NCBI GenBank assembly: GCA_030265395.1
Contig: JARFYF010000017.1
Span: forward strand, 47,923,475-47,987,474
Source: Rhina ancylostomus
Taxonomy: Eukaryota
Direction of reading: 5' to 3'
DNA length: 64,000 nucleotides
In this document: piece by piece, positions 23,763 to 37,049 of the stretch
Position numbering within the stretch: the stretch's first letter is position 1
Layout of the letters: every line of letters starts with the position of its first letter
Notes under the pieces: model-generated
The model's database searches: none
Told to the model about the DNA's origin: nothing
The model's input: only the letters and a program-made list of their open reading frames with translations
Translations under genes and position numbers: made by a program

Positions 23763-24559
23763 CTAAGGGGTGAAGAGAGAAAAAAATCACTATTATTTAA
23801 AAAATACAATTTAATTACGTACATCTCAAATATAATGGGTACCATATTTGACTACATGGAAGTGGGAGAAATAAAAAGTATAATGGTTTTAAAAGGGAAG
23901 CCACAAATTCCTCAACACTGAAGGTTAGGAATCAGAAAATCCTTACAGTACAAAAGCATTTTGTAGTCAGTTCTAGATCTTTGCAACGACAATCCAGGAA
24001 GACACATTTACATTCAATAGTCTTTCTCCTTCAGGTATCTAATTCTCAATGACTGAATCTGCTTCCATTACCCTTTCTGGCAGTGAATTTCACCTTGCAC
24101 ATACCTGCTCATTTCATTTTTCTATATTCTCCTGATAGTCTATCACTATTATCCTCTCAGTTTCTTACTTTTGTTCTGTGCAAAAGTTTTTTTAATGATA
24201 CCATTTCCACCAAAATTCCAAGTCATCTACATCCATTAAGTTGTGGTCATAGTACCAACCTATGGGAAACACTGCTAAACAATAATCACAAATTCATTCC
24301 AGCTAATTACTTAAAATGCTGGAAACACCAAGCAGGTCAGACAGCATCTGTAGAGAGCAGCATTAATATTTGAGCCTAAGGATCATTTGTCAGAGCCCTC
24401 CTGTGACTTCAAATATCAACCCTGTTTCTCTTTCCACAGATGCAGCCTGACCAGCTCAGTGTTACCAGCATTTTGTTTTTATTTCAGATTTCCAACAATT
24501 GCACATTTTTGATCTCTAACTACTTATTGCCCAATCAGTTTACTTTCAATTATCAGCAA

Positions 24560-25270
24560 ATGATGGTTAGTGACATCGACAGTGCCATTAAGCCTCAGTC
24601 ACCAATAACCTCCTCATTGACGCCCAATTTGGAATTTACCAGAACCACCTTATCAAAGCATTTGTCCAAAGATCAAAGAGCTGAATTTAAAGGTGATGCA
24701 AGAATGACCACCCCCGATATCAAGGAAACAAGATAGATATTTATTAGTCATATGTACATCGAAACACAGTGAAATGAGTCTTTTTGCATTACTGAAAATG
24801 TGCTCAAGGGCAGCCAAGTGTTGCCACTCTTCCGCCGCCAACATAGCATGCCCACATCTCCTCACCTGTAACATTTTTGGAACGTGGGAGGAAACTGGAG
24901 CACCCTGAGGAAACCCACACAGACATGCGGGAAGAATGTATAAACTCCTTACAGCGGCAGGAATTGAACCTGGGTTGCTGGCACTGTAATAGTGTTACGC
25001 TAACCACTACACTACCACAAGTGTGGCATTCAGGTAAATCTGAAACTGGTAAAACTGAAGTGAATGGGCATCAAGGGAAAAAATAACTCCAATTTTGAAG
25101 TCATAACTCACAACAGCAAGGTGGCTGCTGTTGTTGGACATTAATTATCCCAGCCCCAGATCTCAGCAGGAGTTACTCACAGCAGTGTCCTCAGCCTGAC
25201 CATCTTCAGCTGCTTTATCACTGATCTTCCTTCCATCATAAAGGTCATAAATGCGAATGTTTATTGATGC
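24560..25270 (+). mobile_element. CR1/L2-clade LINE RT fragment interrupted by a V-SINE
   Basis: The left part ends gatatcaagg (DIK) and the right part resumes gtgtggcat (VWH) of an RT DIK.AFD.VWH-type motif; same family as 63060-64000. Confidence 0.6.
24733..25016 (-). mobile_element. tRNA-derived V-SINE (HE1-like)
   Basis: The minus strand begins ggtagtgtagtggttagcg (A box), carries ggttcaattcc (B box) and the V domain gtgggtttcctcagggtgctccagtttcctcccac. Confidence 0.88.
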
Positions 25271-25859
25271 TAGGCCTTAGTTTACTCAGCCATAGATGTC
25301 CAAGTACTATTACTTTTCTCTACTCCATTAGCTGGATGCTGCTGGGTCTCAACAGTCTAACAGTAAACAGTATTTCTCCGTTGACTCTTTTCCCCCATAA
25401 CCTGTATATGTCCATTCAACCTAACACTTATTGATTTCATTATCTGACTAGACTTGCAGTGTTAGGATAAATACTGTATATCAATAAGCCTAAGTTTCCT
25501 TATTCTGTAGGCAATGTCATTGTGCCACTTGGAAACAAATCCTCAACAGCAAATTTCCATTACCAAAACTTAAAAAAGTGGAGTTTTACTACAAAGCACT
25601 GCTATTGAATTGTTTTTCCTACCATCACTTGCAAGTTTCCAAGGCATGTGTGGACAACAGTTTTATTGAAAAAAATTAGGCAATATGGTTTAAGATTCTT
25701 ATAAGAACTGACGCATGGCACATACACCACTCCAAAATGCAGATTTATAAACCAGTAGTTTTCAGAAAGGCCTTGTCTGATTCAAAATACTTTCTCCAAA
25801 TTTAATTAACCTTTGGGGGGAGTTGCAAACAAAATCTACAAGCATTGGTTACATTTTGG

Positions 25860-27995
25860 GATCTTGCAAGATCTTAAGTAATTCATACAGAAATATTATT
25901 TAACAAAGTGGGTTGAGAATCTTCTAAATGGTGAGATTGCAGAAAGTGAGATGCAGAGGGATCAGAGTCTCCAGTGGAGCAAAAGGTTAGTGTTCGGGGA
26001 GTCCAAGTAATTAAGGAAGTTAACAGAATATTATGGACTATTGCAAGGGGAATTGAATACCAAGGCAGTTATCCTTCAGTTTGGGATCAGATTCAGTTTA
26101 TTTTCCATTTTTGGAATCTAGGCACCACTAGAAAGGCCCACATTTCTTGCCCTTCCCTAAATGCTCTTCAGAAGGTATTGGTAAGCTGTTGTTTCGAACC
26201 ATGCCAATCCTTCTAGTTAAGGTGCTCCAACAGTATTATTAGGTGGAGTTCCAGGATTGAAACCCAGTGACAATGACGGAATGGCAATACATTTCCAAGT
26301 CAAAGATGTTCGACGAAGGGGAATCTGCAAGTAGTGGTATTCCAATACGCCTGCTGCCTTTGTCCTCCTTATTAGTAGAAATAGCAGGTTTGGGAGGTGC
26401 TTTTGGAGTAGCCTGGGCAAGTAACTGCAGTGCACTTTGCGCCAATGGAAGGAATGAGTGTTTAGGATGGTTGAACAGGAGTCAATAAAGCAGGCTGCTT
26501 TGCCCCATGTGGTGTCTGGCTTAACAAGCTGCTGGCCCTGCATTCATCCAGAGAAGCGGAGTATGCACGATGCCCCTGATTTGTGCTGCGTAGGTGATGG
26601 AAAGATTTTTTTGCATATCCAAAGGCAAGTCACATCCACAGCATACTCAGCATCCAACCTGCTCTTGTAGTCATGGTATGTGTGTGGCTCGTTCTGTTGA
26701 GTTTCTAGTCAATGATAACACCAAGACATTGGTGGTTACTGACTTGGTGATGGTAATACCATTGAATGACAAGAGTCAATCGTTAGATTATTTGTTGTGA
26801 TGGTCACTACCTGGCATTGTGGTGAAAATGTTACTTGCCATTCATCACCCTGTTTGAATGCGGTCTAGGTCTTGCTGTGTGCAAGCAAAGGCTGCTTCAT
26901 TTGCTCTAGAGTTGCAAACAGAACTCAACATCATAAAATCATCAGTGAACACCCACTTCCACATGGTGGAAGGAAAGTTACTTAAGCAGCAGGTGATGGT
27001 TAGGCCTAGGATATGCCAAGGAACTCTTTCAGTGATATCCTGATCTCTAACAACCACAACCATCTTCCTTTGCACAAGGTATGACTACAACCATTTGATG
27101 TCCATTGTGCCAGAGGGGCTTGATGCCACACTCAGTTACATGCTCCCTTGATATCACTCTCACCTCAGGTCTACATTCAGCTCTTTGGTCCATGCTTGGA
27201 CCAAGGCTCTGACAGCGTCTGAAGCTGANNNNNNNNNNATTGATTTATTTCATTATGATGTGGTTTGTTGATGACAGCTTCCACTGGTTTGTTGATTGAG
27301 AGTAGACAAAACAGTAATTTGCCAGATTAAATATGTTCTGCTTTTAGTGAACAGGACAGATCTCCCAATATTTCACATTGACAGTAGGCACCAGTGTTGT
27401 AACTGGTATCAGAACAGCTTGACTGGAGGAGCAGTCTGTTCTGGTGCACAGGTCTTCAGCATTACAGCTGGGATGTTGTCTGACCCTGTAGCCTTCAGTT
27501 ATATAGATCGCTGGTTTGACCACAAGCAAGCTACTGTGTACCGTATTTGTCTCCTTATTTAAAGAAAAGATTTTAAAGCATTGGCAGCAGTCCAGAAGCT
27601 TTACGAAACTAATGAGGAAAGATTGGATTAGCTGGCTTGTATGTCCTTGTTTAGAAGAGTGAAAGAGGATTTGATTAAAACAGAGAAGAACCTGAGGAGT
27701 CTTAACAGTAGAGAGGATATTGCCTTGAGGAAGAACCTAAAGCTAGAAGTCACTCTGAAAATGAAGGGTTTTCCATTTAAGTTAAATGAGGTGAAATTTC
27801 TTCTTTCAGAGGATCATGAGTCTTGACACACACTTCTTCAAAGGGCAGTGGAAGAAGACTGAATATTAAGGCAAAGTTTCTTGGTAAGCAAAGTGGTGAA
27901 ACATCATCATGGACAGACAGGAATGTGGTGGCAACTGGATCAGCCATTCTTATTAAATGGCAGGTGGCGGCTCAATGCACCAAGCAGCTTGCTCC
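25860..27995 (+). mobile_element. CR1-like LINE 3' region split by a nested antisense LINE
   Basis: ORF 25974 (VQVIKEVNRILWTIARGIEY) continues after 27492 (..YCVPYLSPYLKK..; ORF 27641 SLFRRVKEDLIKT) to the tail at about 27990. Confidence 0.7.
26082..27491 (-). mobile_element. Chondrichthyan CR1/L2-clade LINE, 3' ~1.4 kb, nested insertion
   Basis: ORF 26845..27075 carries RT-like VFTDD...QQDLDRIQ; characteristic 3' UTR gagttccaggattgaaacccagtgacaatgacggaatggcaatacatttccaagtc. Confidence 0.75.
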
Positions 27996-29634
27996 TAATT
28001 CGTTTGTATGTATATACTGATAAAGCTGGCAAGTGTGAATTTAAATAAAAATACCAAATACAAAACTTGCAAAATTTCTTTTTTTTTAAAAGCAGTTTAA
28101 CACCACATAGCACATTCCACTCGACCATGAATGTTTTTTGAACTGAAATACTATCAACAACATTACAGCTTTTTCAAAGCATTTAACATGTGCCTAGATT
28201 TACATTTACCACAATGGGGGAAACAGTGATATGCCCTTGTTTATGTTAACTTACATTGCAATCTTCTTGTGTTTGTAACATCATACTAGATGCACCAATT
28301 CTCACTCCTAAATGCAAGGCTGCTAGACAAATCAAGTTCAAGCCACAACCCAGTTCCCATAGGTTGTTAGCCAAAATGAAACAGCCCACAATTCACTTTT
28401 AATATGACAAACTCAGGCTGCCAGAGAACAAATGGAGTGGAAAAGGGAACTGTTACTGCAGGTAGGAGCTTAGTTTAGAAATATGCATATAAACTGCCAG
28501 ATTGACCTGAGGGCTGGTCTCAATTTCCCTGATGTTTAGCACATTGTAGTTCATCACAGAAAACTACAATCAATTTCACATCAAGTACTGGAGTAGGAAA
28601 CTAGCACATCTTCACTGTTCCAAGCTCAATGACTGGTGTAGGCATGCTGGAATTGTCCAGAATTTTATCCCACATCAACTTTTCTGTCTATACTGCTTTG
28701 GAGAGATTATGAAAAGAAGTTATGTTCCCAGTTTAATCCTCTTATCTCAAATCCTGTTTTCTGAAAACATCACTGGCTTTAAACAGCAGTTCACATCATC
28801 CAGAGACCAAAATCACAGCATATTGCTCCCTAGGTAAGTGAATATATTCACTATAGACAGCATGTGGCGGGCCAGCACATAATTTCAATAATCTACAAAC
28901 AGGTAGGGGGTCAAACTTTNNNNNNNNNNNNNNNNNNNNNNNNNNNNNNNNNNNNNNNNNNNNNNNNNNNNNNNNNNNNNNNNNNNNNNNNNNNNNNNNN
29001 NNNNNNNNNNNNNNNNNNNACTTTTGAATCCAAGAAACAAATCTTTGATGACCTGGAGGTTCAGTGTCTGTAAGAAACAAGGGGATTGTCATCAGCAGAT
29101 AAAAGAAAATCTGAAATAAATTCTTTACAAGATTTAGAACTGCCATTGCGCATTTCTCATTGCTGGAAGTAAATATACATTCTTCCTCAACAATTTCTAC
29201 ATTACTTTGTGACTATTTCTAAGAGAATAATTAGCTGTAAAACACATGAGACAGCCCAAATTCAGATGTCACTGTATACATCCGTGTCTTTCATCCAAGT
29301 TTCTGTAGCCCCAAAAAAGCACCAAAACAAATTAAGCGCGATACAATACAGAAGCTGGAACATAACATAACTGACTGCATTGGTGACAAAGGAAAGGTGA
29401 AAATTTCATCATCCTTGACTTACTGGATTCAGATGTTTTGATTTATAAGTCAAATAAGTCAAAACTTGCACAAAGCCTTGTTATGTACAGTTTCATTTTA
29501 TAAACTGTTCAGACCAATTTCCACAAAGCTCCAGTTATAAAATCAACTTTCCTATCAAAGGTTACTGGCCTTTAGCAAATCAACAACTCAAGATTCAAAA
29601 ACAGCACAAGCACAAGAACAAGGACTCCCATGAG

Positions 29635-29790
29635 TGAAAGAACAGTACAGCACAGGAACATGTCCTTCAGCCCACAATGTTTGTGCCAACCATGACTCCA
29701 ATTTCAACTGGACATTTACCTGCACCTGATCTATATCCCTCAATTCCCCACCTGTTTGTGTGTGTCTGTCTAAATGCCTCTTAAACATGG
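29635..29790 (-). mobile_element. CR1-like LINE extreme 3' end
   Basis: ORF 29588..29788 MFKRHLDRH; tail gaacagtacagcacaggaacatgtccttcagcccacaatgt. Confidence 0.75.
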
Positions 29791-30609
29791 CTATTTTATC
29801 GTTATGTCAGCCAAATCTTCAAAGTAAATATAAATCATAAAGAAGCAAATTTTGTCAAAAGCAGTTTCCCACTTAAAAACTGATTTAGCTGCGTCTTAAA
29901 TGAGTAATTAGAGAAACAAAATTACTCCTAGCCCATTAACTGACAGACTGTACAAAAACAAAAGTGTCAAATTTATACACACTTCTCATATTCTTCTTTC
30001 ACATTCAATGAAACCAAATTAATGTCACTTACATTGTTGTCACTAAAATTGCAATTAGATGGGGCACACTCCAACAGGCAGCACAGCAGAAGGTCCACAA
30101 ACTTACATTTACTAAGCCCTATTAAATAGAGTCTGAACAAAAGCTGAGAGTGGCTTTTCAAAAACATTGGACCAAACCTTGCACTATGGGCCCCAAAACA
30201 TTTTGCAAAATTTCACATTTATACAACTTCTGCTTTCTAAACATAACATTTACTCGTCTTGCTTGGACAAACTTGTTGGATACTGCAGGGAAATCAAAGG
30301 CTCCTTCAGTGTGCCTTCAGAATTGTTTTGTTAATGGCACTATTGTACTTGTTGCTTAACACTACAGGTTTACATTCAGTCTCCACCTAGCAATCAGATA
30401 TCACTTACTCACTAGTTTCAGAAGTTTTATCATCTTTATGGGTTTTGAACACAAAATGACAAGACTTGTGGATGTGGTATCACCAATAATTTTATTGCCA
30501 AGTGAATTTACTTGAGGGGTAATCTCTTATCTATACCCACCCAATAGCAATTTAATCCCCATTAAAAGTGCAGATTCCTATCCATCAGTTAATAGCAAAA
30601 GACCAAGTC

Positions 30610-30895
30610 TGAAGATCATTAGCTCAAGTGCCATCTCAGAAATTCAAGTATAAAAATGTAGATTGAGCCTCCAATACAGTGCTAAGGCCATGCTCCAGTA
30701 TTGGAGATGCTATCTTCTGTTAAAGCCAGGGCATTGCTACTCCCTCAGGTGGACACAAATTATTCTGTGGCACTATTCTGGAGAGGAGCCAGGTCAATGC
30801 TCCTGATGAACTTAAGGCATTCCTCTCCACAATACAAAAATATAATCTGTTATCAGGTTAGTTTATGGGAATTTATTACAAGCAAATTGACTTAA
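30610..30895 (+). mobile_element. Deu-domain SINE fragment
   Basis: cagtattggagatgctatcttc...ccctcaggtggacacaaattattctgtggcactatt...agcaaattgact. Confidence 0.6.
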
Positions 30896-31409
30896 ATATG
30901 ATATAAATTGTTGATTGCAAATAAATCAAGTCCAGATGAAGGAACTTGTAGAGTTCCTCCAGCAGCTAATTTTTGCTTGATTCTAGCAACTGCAGTCTCA
31001 CATCTCCAAATTGTTGATGTTTCTTACATTATAATTCTCCAGACAACACAAAATTCAACAATTTCGTACAAGTATTTCCCAGCATTTTCTTTTAGTTCTG
31101 ATTTCCAGCAAGCGGTTTCCTTTGGTGATGTCAGTTAAATTATTCTGCTTCCTGAACCAAATCTCATCCATGTTGATCATCATCATTCCTGTTTACCATT
31201 TAATCTCTTCTGCATTTCATCCCATTGGATCTTCCCCCATTTTTTGAAAAAATCTCCTCTCCTCCCATTTTCTCTGCACTTTGAAACCTGTATCTAAATT
31301 CTGATTAAAGATCAATCTAAAACATTAACTGCTTGCTTCCTCATGATGCTCAGACTCACCAATGATTTCCTGTATTTTCTATAGTTTATTGCTAAAAGTT
31401 GTTGTTATG

Positions 31410-31836
31410 GAGAGGACTTTTTTTTCCCCATTGGAACACTGGAGAATGAGGGGCCACCTTGTAGAGGTGTATAAAAACACGAGGGGCATAGATAGGGTGA
31501 ATGCACTCAGTCTTTTTCCCCTGAATAGGGGGTATCAAGAACTACAGGGTATATAGGGTGAGAAGGGAAAGATTTAAGAGGAACTTCAGGGGCAACTTTT
31601 TTTTTATAAACACACACACACACACACAAAGGGTGGCATCCATGTGGAAAGAACTGCCAGAGGAAGTGGTTGAGACCGGTACAATAAAAATTTTAAAAAA
31701 ACAGATGGATAGGTACATGGATTGGAAATGTTAAAAGGTTATGGGCCAAACACAGGCAAATGGGACTAGCTTGGATGGGCATTTTGGTCAGCATGGACCA
31801 ACTGGGCTGAGGGGCCTGTTTCCGTGTTGTATGACT
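31410..31836 (+). mobile_element. CR1-like LINE 3' end containing a (CA)n tract at about 31610-31628
   Basis: ORF 31362 FFSPLEHWRMRGHLVEVYKNTRGIDRVN; tail gggcctgtttccgtgttgtatgact. Confidence 0.85.
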
Positions 31837-34074
31837 AAAAATTAAAAAGGGCAGGAATAGATTCCAAATGTTCTTGAATGTAATGCAGTGAGTAAGATAG
31901 GGGAGGCAGTGGTTTTATCAACTGAGCATGTTGCTGTGGTGGAGAGAGAGAATGACCTGGAACGATGAATGATAAGAGTCTTGTTTAGAGTTAACAACAG
32001 GGCTGCGATTACATCACTGCGATTATTCTATACACTGCCAACTAATGGAAAGGACATTTAAGAGAAAATCTACAAAGAAATTGCACAGATGTACAAAAGC
32101 CATGGAGTAGTGATAACTGGGAACTTCAACTATACATGGAACAGCAATATCATAAGCAGCAGGAACATCCCAAGGGTGCTCAGGAGATATCTCCTAATCT
32201 GCATGCTTCTGACCCAATGAGAATGGCAGCATTTGGTGTACTTGGTTCTGGGTATTCAGCCAGACCACGGGGAGCAATATTTAAGAAAGAGTGATCATAG
32301 GTTTGAAATATTAATAGGAAAAGATGTAGACCACCACTGCATCTTTTAATCCAGAAGTAAATAAATCTGGTTCAGATGTGGTCCTTGTTTTTGTGATCAC
32401 ATTAATTATACCACCTTCACATACATTTAGCTATTTTTTAAATGAGCCCAGTGTCTCATCTGAAGTGCATTCTCTGGCCACCTGGCCCACCATACCAGTT
32501 CACAATTTGCAAACAAATATATCAGTCTTAAATTTGTATTTCATAATCCAGAACTATTCTAGGCTTACTTTGCCCCATTAAGTAGTTAATGCGTCTAGTA
32601 CCATCCTCAGATACATAGTTTGCAAGGTCCTCAGCCAGTCAAGACATCCCTCTTTCTCATCTGATTAATACTATAAAACATCTTTGCTGCTTAGCTATAG
32701 TGTTTAGCATAGTCAATTAAGAAGCAGTTCACACACCAAAACAAGTACTGATGAAAAAAATATGATGACCCGTTTAGCTACGTTTTTCAGTGGACTATAC
32801 AGAACACATGAAAGTTGTGCTGTCTAAATTGCTTTCTTCAATTTCCTGGAAATAAAATGAGTGTCAAAGGGAACTATAAAATGAAGCATCTGTGAAGTGT
32901 TGGTTTCTAACTCAGCTGGCAAATCTGACTTTCTACCTTTTCTCCTTTCCCTGACACTTGATCCCTACTCCTTGGGCTGAATTGTCCAAACACCGAATGA
33001 CAATAACTGCTGGCATTTATGTTCTTTCCAGTCAAACCGTGACTGCACAAGCAGAATCAATACTCACTAAGCTGGCAACCTTCCAATTATCCATTTGCTA
33101 CTCCCTTAAGTGAGGAATTTCCTAGTCTAGACATTGTTAGATTCCTCCAGCAGCAAAAATTCCAGCTCATACTTCAACTAAAGTATTACTAATGCAGTGA
33201 GGAGCCTGTTGAAGGGTCTCAGTAAGCAGCAACATAATAAATGCCTCAGCAGAATGTGTCAATCACTACCCAAATGAATATACAGGTATCAGTGTTGCAA
33301 ACACTACAAACATACATTCCTCCCTTTACAGCTGGAGTGTCAGGAGCTCATACAAGCATAGCTCCTCCATTCCTCATCTACTTCCAAAGTCAGATTATCT
33401 TGATCTGTGGTTAACGTTCACAAATTAACTGGTTATTTATCACACTGTTTACCTTGAAATGCATGATTGGCATTTTCTGTCAAGCACCAGAGACCGCACT
33501 TCATAATCAATGATTGGTACTATGCAGTTTGATACATTTAAGACATCTAACTATGAGCAATACAAGTTATTTTTTTCTATCTGGAGCAAGTTGTATAGGT
33601 CACTTTTTTCTTATGAGCCACTAAAATAAAGGTGAAAATTAAATTAAAATAACCTATTTCACCAATATTTCTATGGCAAGCTATTATACCTTCAGCTATA
33701 TGGTAAATGGAACTCACTGCATTTTGCCCAAAATGACCAGATTTCTTAAGATGATGTGACTACTCTCCGTTGAAATTTGACAAGTCTATCTATTTTTAGC
33801 AGACAGAATACTACTGGATAACTGAGTTATACATTATACCATGCTTAAATTCATAAACACATTTACGGAATGAAGTAGAAGAGGAATGACTGAGAAGATG
33901 CACTCTGAAATTCCAATCCTAGATAACTAAAGTTACCCAGGTTAGACAAAACCATAAAAAGACACACATGCGTACAATATCTATAATTTTATTATTAACA
34001 AGATCTGGCTTAATGTGGATTAAAACAACACCAGTTAGAAAGTATCCACCATATAATTTATATATGAAAGTGGA

Positions 34075-34500
34075 GAAATAGAAGAGTTGGACAGTTAGGC
34101 CCTGAGCCTGCTTGCACTAAGATTATAGCTGATCTTTTACCTCGTGTGACTTTCCTGTTCTAAACCCATAGTCCTCCATTCCTTTAAAACCAAAAAACTC
34201 TCACTGTGTTCAATAGACTCAACTTAGCCTTCACACTCCTCTTGGGTAGAAAATTCCAAAATTCACTATTCTATAGGTGAACAAATTTCCTGAAAGGTTT
34301 GTTTTGAAACTGCGATCCCTTGTTTTAGACACCTCAGTCAGGAGAAACCATCCCTGCATTTACCCTCAGAAGTCCTGAAATATTTTGTGTGTTCTCATTC
34401 TTCTAGAGTAAAGGCCCTGTTTTCTTACTACCTCCTCAAAGGAGGATTTCTACCATCCCCCGGCCCCATCCCTGGAATCAACCTGTGACCACTGATCGAA
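34075..34500 (-). mobile_element. Decayed CR1-like LINE 3' fragment
   Basis: gcctgcttgcactaagattatagctgatctt...gggtagaaaattccaaaattcacta...caggagaaaccatccctgcatttaccct. Confidence 0.6.
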
Positions 34501-35308
34501 TTGTAATCACTTTCACAAATGAGAAACAGCAAAACTGCTTAGTACCTTGTTTCCAATGCCAATCTAGTTGAATGGAGTTAATTACCTCTGTGTGCCTTTG
34601 TAGGAAAAGAATAACAGGACATTTTTGTTCAAGCTTAGCTGCCAATAGGCAAGAATAATCTCCTGTCCAAATCACTTTCACGTCATTGTTTTGTTAGAGG
34701 ATCTAAAAATCACTTCTTTAAAATCTATTAATGAGACGGGGACATCTCTGGCAAGGCCAGCATTTATCACAATTCCTGCCTTTCAGATAGTGATAGATCT
34801 TTCTTAAAGCAACACATTTCCTAAAACAGCTCTGCTTAGTCATTTAAGTTGGTTGAGTCAATTAGGTGATTAAGTGATGCCATTTCTGGTCCCTCAGCCA
34901 AAATAAATAGAACTAAGGTATAGATTATAGAACAATGGAACCTTTCAACTACACTTGCTGAGAGTGATATAGCAAAATGATTGACTATATTAGAATAATA
35001 TTCTTTTAACAGACAGCCAGTGAGAGAAATAACACCTTGAGAACATTTGGAATTGGTCTGCTAGTTGGAAGCAACTTTTCAGTGCAGAATATCAAAAGTC
35101 AAACCCTGCTAATGGCACATAATAAGATTTTGGCATTGAAGTGGCATTTTGATTGTCAGAAAATCTAATAATTCAAGCATACTTTCTATAAGCCAACACA
35201 ATTCTCCCTGCATCACTGTATACAATCCAATGACAAAACACTTTAACCCAAACTGTATTTGACAGCAAAAAAGTAAAAATTATATTACTATGTCAATTGT
35301 TTACTTAC

Positions 35309-35419
35309 CACTTCTTTCACAACATCAATAAATATTTCTACATTCCAAGTATGGGCCTGTGCAGAGTCTGTTTTATCCTTCCCATCACTCCAGATTCCAC
35401 TTCCAGGGGCTGAGATGGA
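35309..35419 (-). CDS. CNOT1: CNOT1 exon 10-equivalent ([37 protein letters not shown])
   Basis: 111 bp; tcacag|TCC ... GTG|gtaagt. Confidence 0.96.
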
Positions 35420-35789
35420 CTGTGAACAAAGGTAAAATTTTCACCGATGAATAAAAGAAACAAATTAGTGATATACTTGCCTACTCCCTTCTAAATGATT
35501 TGCCAATTTAGTTATCACCACTAAAATGCACAGGTGGAATACATCGTCAAGCATATACTTTCTCTTGTTAATTTTTCCACCAAAATCTAGTATCAGCCTG
35601 GATCTCATCTAACAGTTAAGAGGTTGCACATTTAGGCTTCGCCATGACTGGAGTACATAATCTAAGCAAAGAGAATACTGCAGTGCTATCGGTGCTGCCT
35701 TATGATGTAATATAATGCAAGGCCCCAGCTATATTGGCAGGCATGAGCAAAATGTAGAAAGGAACTAAAAGAAAGACGTTTGCATGGCA

Positions 35790-35860
35790 TCACATAATCA
35801 TCATAATCATCAAATCATCATAATCATCATAATCATCAAATCATCAGCACATAATCATCA
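35790..35860. repeat. (ATAATCATC)n / ATC-type simple tandem repeat
   Basis: cataatcatcataatcatcaaatcatcataatcatcataatcatcaaatcatca. Confidence 0.9.
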
Positions 35861-36922
35861 AAACTAACTTTCTTCATTTTCTTTGTAACTATTAATTATC
35901 ACTACCTACAAAACATCAAGACACAAGAAAGTGAGATGGAATTTTGAGTTGTGAAAATTAGAGCATGTGTGCAAGTTAGAGAAAGTTTACCATTATCACT
36001 GAAAGAGGACAGCTTGCAATTGTGATAATATCAAAGCAGAACTAGTGAAGGACATGAACACAGAGGCAATGGTGGTGTCCTGCTATTATTCTGACAGCAA
36101 TTTGAGGAAATGTAACAATCTTTCCAATGATGCTGTTCAATTTGACACTCCACAAATTCAGAATGCAAAGATAATGACTGCAGCAGTAAAAGGCAACAGA
36201 ACAACCACCGGGTGGGTGAGTGAGCATGCAGTACAGCAGATGGAGAGAAGCCTGGAGTTTGCATACAATTCTATTCAAGAATAGAAGATGCTGGAAACAC
36301 TCAGCAGGTCAAGCCTCATCTGTGGGATAACAGTTAATATTTCAGGTGCAGCCTGCTGAGTACTTCCAGCACTTGCTGGAAGTAAGTGCTTTAGATTTCT
36401 AGAACTTGCAGTTTCTTTTCTATTTTCTGTCTGAGGAGAATCTACTACAGGAGCCCCCAAGTTGATGAAAGGACTTTTAACCAGGTTAGCCAAACTATCT
36501 GAAGAATGGAGAAAGTACTTCTGATTTGGAAATTGAAATCAATTACTCCATTAAGTAGACTGTTAATGGCAAAATTTTAAGAACACTAAAAATATAGTAA
36601 AACTTTAATAATGCACTATTCAACTATTGGGAAATCTCCAGCAACAAAAATGTTGGAGGAACTTAGTGGGTCAGGCAGCATCTGTGGAAACAGATACAGC
36701 AGCAAACGGAGGCATGTATGAACATGCTCTGGAAAGGGCAGAAAATATACAACAATTCTCTTGTTCTCATTGGAACCTTGGCTCTGACACATTATTGTGG
36801 AGAAATGGCTCCCAGCTGGGAAGTTAACCAACAGATTACAAAACTGTATCTCATTAGTTCAGCAGCATAATTACACATTTTTCATATATTTGTATGTTCT
36901 TATTTGCTGTAATTATGCTTAC

Positions 36923-37049
36923 TTGCAAGGAAATACCATCAGTCAGGCCTGAATGTGTCCGAGCCATCATTCCCAATACCCTGGCAACCTGAGAAGCCGT
37001 CACTTCCCGAACCCCAAACTGCAAAATGATTTGACGGCATTCTTCAGCG
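36923..37049 (-). CDS. CNOT1: CNOT1 exon 9-equivalent ([16 protein letters not shown]...LTDGISLQ)
   Basis: 127 bp; tttgcag|C ... CAA|gtaagc; within ORF 36854..37069. Confidence 0.97.

Noticed and set aside
23604-23921. Plus-strand ORFs overlapping exons (also 1077, 5821, 18188, 40884, 41891 and 50481)
   Set aside because: These are antisense shadows of CNOT1 coding exons with no independent coding evidence.
31127-31190. Possible C/D box snoRNA on the minus strand (ATGATGA ... CTGA)
   Set aside because: Only about 57 nt long, box C comes from a TGA microrepeat, and no rRNA or snRNA antisense element is recognisable.
35790-35860. CRISPR-like or coding repeat array
   Set aside because: It is a simple 9-nt tandem repeat without spacers, inside a vertebrate intron.
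36045-36284. 79-aa plus-strand ORF as a possible nested gene
   Set aside because: It has no recognisable family, its end resembles a decayed LINE RT segment, and there is no splice or promoter support.
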